Shown here piece after piece: positions 25,306-36,558 of a DNA stretch of 64,000 nucleotides. Both the position numbers and the translations under genes were made by a program. The DNA comes from Malacoraja senta (Eukaryota). How positions within the stretch are numbered: position 1 is the stretch's first letter; each line of letters starts with the position of its first letter. The DNA is taken from contig CM075990.1 in the NCBI GenBank assembly GCA_038087875.1, positions 9,860,001 through 9,924,000 of the forward strand, given 5' to 3'. The notes beneath the pieces were generated by a model, which saw only the letters and a list, made by a program, of their open reading frames with translations, ran no database searches and was not told the origin of the DNA.

Positions 25306-25461
25306 GACATCATACAGACAGTGAATCTAACCAACGACCTCCTTTCAAAAAAGGGATTTCTGTGGATAGAAGGCGAAGTTCCAGCCGACCTAGGCGCCCT
25401 GACAATCGCGGGAAACCAGAGAAGTCAGATGAAATTCCCATTTGTGGTTATCACAGTGAAG
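25306..25461 (+). CDS. USP54: USP54 coding exon
   Basis: cag|(G)[26 protein letters not shown]...CGYHSE|gtgagg; 156 nt, phase 1/1. Confidence 0.92.
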
Positions 25462-25617
25462 GTGAGGAAGGACATCTAACTTGAGCCATTGCAGAAATGT
25501 CATGAACCTGGAAGTCCAGATTGGTATGGGTGTGGTTGTGTGTGCTTGTGTACAATGAAGTTGCTGCTCTTGTGCATGCTTTATAGTCTTTTGTGTCCTT
25601 TATGTCCAAAATTGTAG

Positions 25618-26311
25618 GCGAAACATTGAAAGAGAAACAAGCCCCAAGAACTGGACCGAAACCTGCTACGAGTCGATTGAAGGACTTCAAAGAAACTGTG
25701 AGCAATATTATTCATAACCGACCTTTGCATAATCAAGACCAGGGCAACAACAAACCCATTCCTGCAAAATTGGTGGACTCTGTAGATAACGGAAATTTCC
25801 GAATGTCAATTGGACGCTCAAGAGACTGGGAAATGGAGAGCACCAGTGGTGAATCCAAATCAAGTTCATCGAGCAGATCGAAGACTTACCTGTGGAAACC
25901 TAAACGTGAGGTTCTTAATATTGATAGTATCTTCACAAAAGAGAGAAAAAAGCCTGGCTCCAGTCCACAAATGGCTTCATTGTCTGAAGACGGTGCTAAA
26001 GATTCTAACCACAATAAGACTGAAAGTTCAATAGGAGTTGGAAGCGCTCCTTTGACATTAGACAATTCAAAAAATGAAGGAAAAGACATTCAGATTAATA
26101 ATAATGACAAATATGAGAAGACTGGGTGTTCAGGCAAAGGAATGCAACAAGTTACTATCCAAAGTTTGGGAGAAAGTGAACGTTTTATTCAGAGAATGGA
26201 ATCTGGCTACGAGAGCAGTGAACGCAACAGTAACAGTCCAGTAAGTTTGGATACGTCAGTTTCTGATGGGCTCCCAGGTGGAGTGCAGAATTCCACTGTC
26301 AATCCTTTCAG
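25618..26311 (+). CDS. USP54: USP54 coding exon
   Basis: tag|(G)ETLKEKQAPR...RLKDFKETVSNIIHNRP...RDWEMESTS...QRMESGYESSERNSNSPVSLD...NPF|gtaaat; 694 nt, phase 1/2. Confidence 0.94.
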
Positions 26312-26741
26312 GTAAATTATCTTATTTACTTAACGTATCTCGTGAGCTTGAGAGCTTGAAATGTTATATATCAGGAAGTGCTTTCAGTTTGCAGTTACTA
26401 ATAACATTTTATTACTTATTTTCTATAATATCATTGCTTTTAATTGAGATTAAAACAAAATCCAGTAAAATTGATTGGGCACAGAACCTCGTATTAGATG
26501 TGAAAATACTTTGTTCTCATTTTTAAGCCCCTTGTTTATCCTTGCTACAGAAAATATCTCAATTTATTTCTTTTTCTGTTTTATCAATGCAGAAATTGAT
26601 ATACCCTGTTGCTTATTTGGATATTTCTGTTACCTTACAATAAATTATGATCTCTGTTGCTTTTGTGCTTTCTGTTTGAAGGGAAGCAAGTGTTCACAAT
26701 AAATGCTGATTTCTGTGTTGCTACGTGTCTTTTGTTTGAAG

Positions 26742-26875
26742 GGAAACTTGCACTAAGAAAGCAACCATTTCTGGTCCTTCATGGAAAACGGTTCCCAAGT
26801 CCAAGAGCAGCAGTGCCTTACAACAAGAATCAACTGCAGCTGCCAAGAGCTGGGTGCATTTGCAGCAGGTTCCCA
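26742..26875 (+). CDS. USP54: USP54 coding exon
   Basis: aag|(R)ETCTKKATISGPSWKTVPKSKSSSALQQESTAAAKSWVHLQQVP|gtaaga; resembles human PSWRHIPKSHSSSIL; 134 nt, phase 2/1. Confidence 0.88.
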
Positions 26876-27364
26876 GTAAGAAAGCTTGCAACCTTTTATA
26901 TTATGGTGCAGAATGTTTGTTTAGATCTCTGATAAATGTATTAAAAAATTGGCATACCTCACTTGTATGTTTTATCATTAAAAATGACCTTGGAGTTATC
27001 ACTTTCCTTACATTGCTATAATTTTTTTATTTAAACAGGATAAATTCTTTTGAAAATGCATGCAACTACATTAAAATTATTATTGATAGACTGTATTTGT
27101 AAGATAACTTTGTAAGGAAGCTGTTATAATAATTTCAATGTAAGGGATGTGTGCAAGTGCCTTCCGTGGGTTGTTTGGCATTTTTGTAGTAATCAAGTTA
27201 ACACATTTACTTGCTCATTGATCCGAATCGGTGTTGGAATGCATTCTTTTCATTCCCTTTCAAGTCCCCATAAAGTAGATGAAAACTTAACAGTTTTATA
27301 AGCAAATGCAACTTTCTTTTAAAGTAGTATTCTAAGACCTCAACAAGGCATAATATGTCTTTGG

Positions 27365-27875
27365 AATGGAGACACAAGAAATTCTGGCATCAGGAGCAAG
27401 AAACAACCTGGAGAAACTCAGCAAGTTGAGCAGCACCTGTGGGGGAAAGGAATTGTCAACATTTTGACAACTAAGTATGGAGAAGGAACATAGCCAGTGT
27501 AAAGAGGAAAAGTTGAGTGATGAGACAGAGGCCAGTGGGTGATTGGTCAACAGCAGAAAGCTAGAAGAATGTGGATCTCGGTACATTTTGGAAAGTGAGA
27601 CCCAGAACTTGCCTGCCTGCCTTATCCACCTGTGCTGCCTCCCAACTCCACCCTTTACCCTTCTCTATCTGGCTAGTTTGGCCCATCATCCTTCACCCCT
27701 CCTTGGTCCAACAATCATCCACTGGCTCCTGTCTCATCACTCCCCCTCTCCTTGATGTTACCTATCTTTCCTCTCCACTCTTAGTCCTGATGCAGGGTTT
27801 CAACTTGAAAAGTCAACAGTTCTTTTCCCCTCACAGATGCTGCTTGATCTGCTGTGTTCCACCTGCAGATTGTCT
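27365..27875. mobile_element. Old Penelope-like inverted pair
   Basis: Arms gagaaactcagcaagttgagcagcacctgtggggg / cccctcacagatgctgcttgatctgctgtgttcc; degenerate hammerhead agtc-CTGATGC...GAAA at 27783-27815. Confidence 0.65.
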
Positions 27876-29787
27876 GATGCCTTTGGAATACTACATTAAC
27901 TTTAAAGGATTAGCCAGTGTCAAACTTGTGCAGTCATATCTGACGCTCACCTGAATTGACCAGGGGCCAGAAGAGTAGAATTAATTTGAGCTGGCACATC
28001 ACCAAAATATCCTGATCTAAATGGAAGCTGAATGTCTTAAAGATAATATTCTTTATTTGAAGTATTTCTTCGTGACCTGTCAATAAACACGTATGTTTTT
28101 ATTAAATTTCTTTAAAGTATGCTACATGATAGGAATGGGCGAAAGGACATATTTTAATCAATTCATGCCAAATGAGTTTTGGTGAAGGAATTTTAATGTC
28201 CAACAATTGTTCTAATCTATTTGTAATAGTTCTGCTTGTACAGCAATTGTTATCCTGTAATTGTAGTCAATTCATTTTTACATAGGATTAGCAGAACTCA
28301 GTATCTTGTCCACTACTTTATCCAATGGAACATTGCATCGAGCCACCGGCTTACAACTGGAGGCCTGCAACAGAGGTGGTAACGAACTCCAGCACTCTTG
28401 ATGACAATACACTCTTATTATTAATTGCAGCTATCCCATGGGCTACCGACGATCAAGTCATATCTTGTCTTTTTAAATGCAATCCTTTAAAATAGTCAAA
28501 ATGCCCTTGGAATGCGACAGAAACAAACTCCAAATTGTTGCTCTGTTGGACTGAAAAATTGATGATTGGGATAGATTACTTGCTTGTCACATTTTCTGTC
28601 AGTACTGAGCACTACTGGATCTGGAACATTAAGGTGAAAGTATACAGTGTGCCACCTTGATAGATGTAGTGGACTTTAACCTGAACCTTTGGTTATCTTC
28701 TGAGCTAATCCAACGCTAACTCATTCCCACAGCAAGAATTCTAAATGAGGTTGTCCTTTTATGCACATTTAATGCTGCCTCCCTTGTTGATTAGGAATCT
28801 GATTATTCTGCTTCGTAAGAGAGAGATGAAGGTTGCGACACGATTTTATTCTGAAATTCTGTCAAAGTTCAGCTGACCTTGTATTTAGCTACTATTTATT
28901 CAACCCTTATTTGTTGCAGCAAGCGATTTTCAGTCTTTCTGCAACAGTCTTGCAATGGCTTGCTAAAATAATACACACTCATCACCAGTAGTTGCTAAGG
29001 AACACTCCCATGGATTGAATTCAGTAAACACATTGAACATTCCGTAACTGGACATTAAGGTCCGTTTACTTTGGGCTAATAAAGATTTATTTCAGAGGAC
29101 AGCAACTATCCTCTGTGAAGTCCTCCTCCAAAAAATAATATTTTTCTTCTTGTTCAATTGTCTTTGTTTCAGTTCTCTGTTTTCACTGCTAAGCCTCATA
29201 AATGTGTTTTTTTTAAAGGTGTTTTTTTTGCAGTTGATCCACAGAATGTTGCCAACTGAAATTAATCGATCCTTATTAATATGAACATAAACTATTGCCA
29301 TTGTGAATACTTTAAACAACTACACACCACAGATATTCTGAAAAAAACAAAGGTTTCCCATTTAATGCAGCTGGCTCGAAAGATGCATGCATGTCATTTA
29401 TCCAGCTGACCTGATTTTTATGCTCCTGCTTAATTTGTGCAATTAACTGTCCTGCTGCCAGGACGCTGACTGCTTGATTTGGTTCCAACTCCCATATTTA
29501 ACTTTAATTTGATTGCCAGATTACAGGAAAGCAAATTGTGCCACCATGCATAAGAACAATCAGTTTTAGTGGAGCTGCTTTCACGCAATGGTGTTTCAGT
29601 TATTGTTCAGGAAATGGTTTTGGTCAACCATGATGTCCTTCAACCTTTTGATGTTCTCCTTTTCAAAACAAAATGTAATTTCTCCTGTTACTTTGTTTTA
29701 ATATGCAATGGATTCATAGTTGTACAGCACAAAATAGGCCTTTTTTTGCCCAACTAGTCCCTGCCAACCAATATGTATATCTAAGCT

Positions 29788-29962
29788 AGACACATAGTGT
29801 TGGAGTAGTCAACAGGTCAGACAGCATCTCTGGAGAAAAAGGATGGGTGACGTTTGGTCACCTATCCTTTTTCTCCAAAGATGCTGCCTGATCTGCTGAG
29901 TTACTCCAGCAGTTTGTGTCTATCTTTGATGTAAACCAGCATCAGCGGTTCCTTTCTACACA
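29788..29962. mobile_element. Penelope terminal-repeat foldback insertion
   Basis: Arms cagcatctctggagaaaaaggatgggtgac / gtcacctatcctttttctccaaagatgctg. Confidence 0.8.
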
Positions 29963-30258
29963 GTATTTCTGATCTTATTCTGTCTGCGTTTGGCCCATGT
30001 TCCTCTAAACCTTTCCTCTACATGTACATTTTTAAATGTCCTTTAAACACTAAAATTGTGATTAAACGTGCAATTTATTCTCACGAGTTATAAAGTTGAG
30101 ATTTGACCATAATAATAACCAGTTTCTCTCTTTTATTATAAAAGCTGTATTTTGTATTCACCAATCGTACACAGGGTGAGTCCAGTCACAGATAGCTATA
30201 CTAATTCTCCCTTGTCTCTGAACAGAGACAACATTCTGGTGCCATGGTGACTTGCTTA

Positions 30259-32595
30259 AGGGCCTGTCCCACTTGGGGGATATTTGGGCGACTGCGGAGC
30301 GTCAGTGACTGATGCCCGTAAAATCGTCAAGTTGCATGACATACACGCTGACGTATGCTGTCATGCGGGTGACGCCCGGTTAGGGTTGAGACTGTAAAAT
30401 ATTCTTCCTTCAATGCATGGATTTTAAACATTAATATATTAAAACAAAAAATTGTTTTTATTTATTTTTATTAGAAGTAAGTACAATATTATAGTACATA
30501 AGTACCTAATACACACTGAGATATTACAGTTCATGTACAACTTCTTATTTTTAATTTAACACTAAAACAGAAAATGAAGATAGGAAAAATAGAGGAAAAG
30601 AAAGTATCGTAAAAAGTGGTGAAAGTGTTAGTTCGTGAAATGGTAAAGAAAGCCCGAAGAAAGAAACAAAAAGGTAGAAAATGGTGAAGAGAGAGAAAAA
30701 AAAGAAGAAAAAAAAAGAAAAAGAAAAAAAAAGAAAGAAATAAAAAGAGAGAGATTAAGAGAGATATACCTATTTAATAGCTATTTAATAACTTTACCCA
30801 CCCCTCACCCGGTTCTGAAACATTTAATTTCTAAGGTTGTGTTGCACCATATGCTTGTAAAAAGTCGATAAAGGGAGACCAAATCATTAAGAATTGGTCT
30901 GCTTTACCTGCTAGGAGGAATCTCATTTCTTCCAGATGTAACATTTCCGACATATTTGAAATCCACATTTTAAGCGTTGGTGTAAATGCATTTTTCCAAA
31001 ATTTAAGTATAAGGTTTTTTGCCGTTATTAAGCCATAATTAATGAGAGATTTTTGAAATGTAGTTAGCTTGCATCCGTCTTCCATTGTTCCGAAGATAAT
31101 CAGTTCTGTGCTGGGGTTCAATTTTATGTTAAATAGTTTTGTAAAAATTCCAAAGATTTCATTCCAGAATTTATAAAGTTTTGTGCAGTAGACAAAAGAG
31201 TGCAAATGAAAAGATGTCTGAGTTGTTCAGGTTTATTTATAGGGTATTGGTCCGCTTCCATCCCTCCTTCTCCACTCCCCCCTACCCTTCTTCCCTCACC
31301 TCTCCCCCCCATCTTCCATTCCCCACTCTTCCTCCCTTCTCCCCGCTCCACTCTTCTCCCCCTTATCCGCTACCCCCTCCCCTCACATCCCCTTCTCCTC
31401 CTCTCCTTCCCTTCTCCCATTCTCCACCCCCCCCCCCAACCCCCACTTTCCCCAATGCCCCCCCATTTGTGGACCCAGCCTGCGACCAGCAATCCCCCAC
31501 TATCCCACTATAAATTGCCCCTAGCGCACACTATCCCACACACGCTAGGGACAATTTATACAAACCTGTGCACCTTTGGAATGCGGGAGGAAACCCTAAC
31601 CCTAGCCATAACCCTAACTCTAGGTTGATAGGCTTGGTATATGTATAAATTGTCCCTAGCGTTTGTGGGATAGTGTGCGGGGGATCGTTGGTCGGTGCGG
31701 ACTCGGTGGGCTGAAGGGCTCTGTATCTCTGAACTAAATGTGACACAGGGGTCCCAGGAGTTGGACTCGAACCCCCAATGTTCTGCCTGCTCCTCATGGG
31801 AACTAAACTGTTGGTCACGAGTTGTCCCAGAGGCAGATCTCTCTTCAAATGGTCTCTCCAAACCCCCAGAGGCAGCGGGCTTTTTAACCGGGTACAGGCA
31901 ATGTTGTCAATGTACCAGTGCCACCTACCTGCTCCAGCCACTGAGTCTAAATACCCACCACCCATTTTGAAGCAAGGCGAGGGGGGGGGGGGGGGGATGT
32001 TGTTCCCAAAGTCTGCATTAATCCCATTGTCAATGTTAATAAAACAGATGATGTGGCCTTTGTGCAGCACTATAAGTGGGATCTAGCTGTCACAGGCTGG
32101 GTCCACAAATGGGAAGAGGGGAGAGGAGAGTTCAGTCTACACTCACTGAATCCATCCTTGTTAAAGTTATAGAGACGGTGATTGCATCTGGAAGCGGACC
32201 AATACATCTATAAATAAAACTGAACGACTCAGACATCTTTTCATTTGCACAATTGATTTTATTGTATTAATTTTAATATATTAATGTTTAAAATCCATGC
32301 ATTGAAGGAAGAATATTTTACAGCCCATCTGTGGTCCCTAACCCCAACCCTAACCGGGCGTCACCCACAGGACAGCATACGTCAGCGTGTGACAGGGTGC
32401 ACGACATGATGAGACACCCAAATGTTGCCGCAGGATTTTGATCATTCCAAAATCCTGGGGCGCCAGGGAAGCACCGCGCATTACCGCGCATCACTGCATG
32501 CGTCACCACATCTCACCACGTGTCACGACCCGACCAAGACGCGACAAACTCTTTTTAGGCTGTCGCCTAAATGTCGTCCAAGTGGGACGGGCCCT
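30259..32595. mobile_element. Non-autonomous PIF/Harbinger-type DNA transposon, composite foldback
   Basis: TIRs AGGGCCTGTCCCACTTGG / CCAAGTGGGACGGGCCCT; TTA target duplication (30256-30258, 32596-32598); several internal inverted-repeat layers; no transposase ORF. Confidence 0.85.
30450..31191 (-). mobile_element. L1-clade 3' fragment nested in the Harbinger-type element
   Basis: ORF 30831-31205 (CTKLYKFWNEIF...ILKFWK...WSPFIDFL) is homologous to the C-terminus of the L1 at 1-3316; AATAAA and A-rich tail near 30455-30472; possible TSD ACAAAA. Confidence 0.88.
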
Positions 32596-33242
32596 TTAGT
32601 TATTCACCTTTTCCCAGGTTTCTAGATGGTGCTTTCGTTGGTGTTTAACACTTGTTAGCTATCCATGGCTTAAAAGTAGTTAATTTACAACAGAAGACTT
32701 GCACACCATCTTGTGGAGGAAAATTGCTATGGCAGACGCTTCTCCCAAACTAAGCTTGTGCTTCTCTCTCATTGAGCCCACTTTTCAGCCACTGAGTATC
32801 ACAGAGTTGGAATTTGATAGCTCTGTCTTTGTGAAAGGCCATTGTTTGTAAGAACGTGGATTCACGGCTAAATAAATGGCATTTGAGGTGGACCACTTGG
32901 ATCACAGGTTTTAACATAGCATGTCGATACTTATTATTTAATTCCTCTGTTATAATGAAAGTCAACTTTCATCAAATATTTGGTGAACAAACCGTGCACT
33001 TAATACTTCTACTGTTTGTTCGCATGACCTGGAAGTTGAAAATAAGAATGAAATCATTTGAACACTGCAACTCTCCAGATCTGGAGCTGTAGACAGCTGT
33101 TGAAATTTTGCCTAAAGATGTTAAACCACTGTAGAGAAAGATACTGGTTTACAGAAAGAGATTTGAAGACTGGACCATTGTCTCAGTTCCCAGCTCGACC
33201 ATATAAAAAAATTAATTAGTTCAGATTTGCTACTGTGGTTGA

Positions 33243-33648
33243 CTCGCTGCCTCGGCAAGGCCACCAGCATAATCAAGCACCAGTCTCTCCCTGGACACTT
33301 CCTCGTCTCCCCTCTCCCATCAGGCAAAAGGTGCAGAAGTGTGAATCTGAATACCACCAGATTCAGGGGCAGTTTCTTCCCAGCTGTTATCAGGCAACTG
33401 AACCATCCTATCACCAACTAGAGAGCGGTCCTAAGCTACCATCTATCTCATTGGAGACCCTCAGGCTATCTTTAATCAGACTTTACGGGACTTTATCTTG
33501 CACGAAACATTATTCCCTTTATCCTGTATCTGTGCACTGTTGGTGGCTCAGTTGTAATCATGTATAATCTTTCCACTGACTGGATAGCATGCAACAAAAA
33601 GCTCTGTATACATGACAATAAACCAAACTAAGCTAAACTAAAAAAAAA
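33243..33648 (+). mobile_element. Rex1/Babar-type LINE 3' fragment
   Basis: RCLGKATSIIKHQSLPGHFLVSPLPSGKRCRS...RFRGSFFPAVIRQLN; tail tgacaataaa followed by (ctaaa)n-like repeats. Confidence 0.8.
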
Positions 33649-34595
33649 GAAAGGAGGTACTGGGGCATACTGCTATTTCCTTGCTGCACATTTTTCTGCT
33701 TCCACATGGCCCCCCTGTGTGGCTTACAAGGGTGGCAGTTCATGGTTCTTTTCTGCATACTCATTAATGGGAGGAAAATCTAGTTTGGTACTGATGCAGG
33801 CTGAAATAATCATTTTGACTAGTTTGACAAAGTCAAAAAGTAAATCAGGAAATACAATGGCACAAATCATGTTGTAACACCAAATAGGAATGGTGTGAGC
33901 ATTTGTTCATCTTATATTTTTCCATATTTTTTTCCCTTCTACCCTGCATGTGAGGTTAAGGTGCGGTCTGTTTTTCTGTGTAATTCTTCCGGTGTTGTTG
34001 AGATGGCAGGTGGAATAGGAGAATGTTCCTCCGTTGGGATTGTGGAAGTTAGGGAGATTTCCAATTTCCCTGAAGACTACACCTGCAGTAAGTCAGTTCA
34101 GCTGCAGCTCCTTAAGGACCATGTTAAGGAACTGGAGCTGCAGTTACAATGAGGTGGTCATGCCAAACGTTCAGGGAGGAAGTGGATGGGTGACTATCAA
34201 AATAGGAAATAGTCAGAGAGTGCAGGAGTCCCTGGGGCCATTCCCCTCCATGACAGGTATGCTCCTTTGAATACCGTTGTGGGGGAAATCTAGCCAGGAG
34301 AGCAGCAGTCTTCCAGTCTTCGGTGTAAACAGACTGTGATCAATTTTTTCGATAATTACAAAGGAAAAGTTTAGTCCGAATTAATGTAGGCATACTATAG
34401 ACAGGTGAACTTTAGATGAAGAAATAAGGAAATATCGGAAAAATTAAACAAATATTTTGTGGAAAAAGACACCAAATATCATCCAGAAATAATGAAGAAT
34501 GATAGGTCTAAAGTGAATGAAGAGCTCAAATAAATCAGCATTAGCAAAACAGATATTGGAAAAAATTAATGGAATTAAACCAATAAATCCCCAGA

Positions 34596-34632
34596 GTCTG
34601 AAGAAGGGTCTCGACCCGAAACGTCACCTATT
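34596..34632 (+). ncRNA. Minimal hammerhead ribozyme motif, sense to USP54 pre-mRNA
   Basis: gt-CTGAAGA(34598-34604)-a-GGGTC-tc-GACCC-GAAA(34618-34621)-C-GTC(34623-34625)-ac. Confidence 0.62.
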
Positions 34633-34726
34633 CCTTCGCTCCATAGATGCTGCCTCACCCGCTGAGTTTCTCCAGCATTTTTGTCTACCTTCGATTTTCC
34701 AGCATCTGCAGTTCTTTTTTAAACAC
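34596..34726 (+). mobile_element. Solo Penelope terminal repeat with hammerhead core
   Basis: 8-bp TSD TCCCCAGA (34588-34595, 34727-34734); same family as 2446-2544 and 10711-10840. Confidence 0.88.
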
Positions 34727-36443
34727 TCCCCAGAACACAATCACTTGAATCCAGTGCACTGGTTATCATATTCCAATATTCTGTAGACTATGGAACAGTT
34801 CCCACAGAATGGGAGACAAAGTAACCCCATGATTTAAGTAGCTCAGTTAACCTGACATGAATTAAGAATCTACTATCCAGGAATTGATCGCAAAGTTATT
34901 TAAATATTTGTTCTATTTCAGTTTGACGAACATCATTGGATCTCCTAACAGGTAGCAGTTGCCAGATCAGAATGCTTAATTTAATGCAGATTCAGATTTC
35001 TTTATTGTTATATACATCAGGGTGCAATGAAATTCCTGTTCACATGATTATCACAGAGATGGCAGTATACATACAATAATGATAACTACAACAGAGTGCA
35101 AAAACATCAGAGTGGTGCAAGATTGTTGGGCAAAAAAAAATTGAAGTACAAAAGTGCACAAGAAAAGTACAATAATGGAATAGCTGAATGAGGTAAAGGT
35201 CAAAGTAAGAGCACATGGCAACACATCCAGGATGTGTGTAGAAAAGAGGTTCAGGAGTCTCAGCGTAGTGTGGAACAAGCTATTCCTAAGTCTGGACATC
35301 TGAGCTCTCAAGCACCTATTTTCTCTCAGAAGGTAGAGGAGAGAAAAGGGAATGGCCTGGGTGGCAGGTATCCTTGACGATACTTGGTATTGGTTTATTA
35401 TTGTCAAGTGTACCAAGACACTGAAAAAACATTGTTTTCCAGTCAAATCATACCATACATGAATACATCAAGCCATTCACAAGTAGTGCAAAGAGAAAAA
35501 TACCAGAGTACAGAATATAGCATTTTCCAGCTTTCCTGATGCAACCCACCATAACGATGAACTGGGTGAAAGGAAGGAAGTAACAAACTAGACTGTGTTC
35601 ATCACTCTCTGCAGGTTCAGGCATTCATGAGCACAGCATTTGTCATATCAGGCTGAGATGAATCCCATCAAAATACTTTCTCTAGTGCTTCTATAGAACT
35701 AAGAGTGAATTGTCGTGAATTGCTGCTTTTGGGAAAAAACACTTGGCGGTTGAGACTCCTTTATTGAGGAGTCTAAACTTCCACAAATTCTCCAGTACCT
35801 AGGCTAAGAAATCTACTCTGGCATAAGTACAGCAAGCCCATTCAATTGTTTGGCAAAGAGCAGCCAATAGAAGATAGTTTCCTATATTTCATTGAGATGA
35901 TTTAAATGTATTTTATTGTTTTCTAATAATTTCACTTATTTAAATTTGTAAGTTTTTAATTTTGAATGTTTATAAATGTAAGATATTTGTGAACAATTAA
36001 TCTACGATGAAGCCGTGATAGAGTCACAATCATATAACGCGGAAAAAGTCCCTCAGCACAAATCGTTCATGCTGACCGGTTTTTATAGCTAAAATCATCC
36101 CATCAGCCTGCACTTGGCTCATATCCCTGTGAATATCTATACACAAGCTTGGGTGTGTAAATTAATTTTTTGTCCAAGTAATTTTGAGGTTGGGGCTTCC
36201 CACATTGGCTTGAAGAGACCGTGCAACTCACTAGTCAGTTGATGACCAGGTTTAAAGGGGAAGATATCCCTTGGCTCCAGCCCCTGATAAATTGGGTTTG
36301 ACATCAAGCAATCAGACAGCACCCAACATGTCTTTAAACAGGCACATTGAATGTATTACCCTTTGCATTGCAGCAGCTGAAGCATAAAGATGCAGTTTTA
36401 AATTGCTACTCCAGAAAGTTGAACATGAACATCCACACCACCA

Positions 36444-36558
36444 CTTCTTCTTCTTGCGTATGGCGTGCACAACCTAAAGTTGTAAGACAACTTGTTCTGT
36501 TTGATCTTCTGTTGTGCACACCAGGTTGATTGCATTCATTGAAACAGGGTGGACCACT
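36444..36558 (-). repeat. Dispersed repeat with (GAA)n tail, copy 1 (retroposon 3' end, family uncertain)
   Basis: Closely similar to 58649-58783. Confidence 0.7.

Larger units (their letters stand above)
33985..34830 (+). mobile_element. Old, internally deleted CR1 remnant (ORF1 zinc finger/zipper and ORF2 pieces)
   Basis: CSS...PEDYTCSKSVQLQLLKDHVKELELQL; KLNKYF-like and KSP-like remnants. Confidence 0.65.

Noticed and set aside
31124..32086. Cluster of 75-179 aa ORFs inside the Harbinger-type element
   Set aside because: Derived from C-rich low-complexity and SINE sequence; no DDE or Myb motifs
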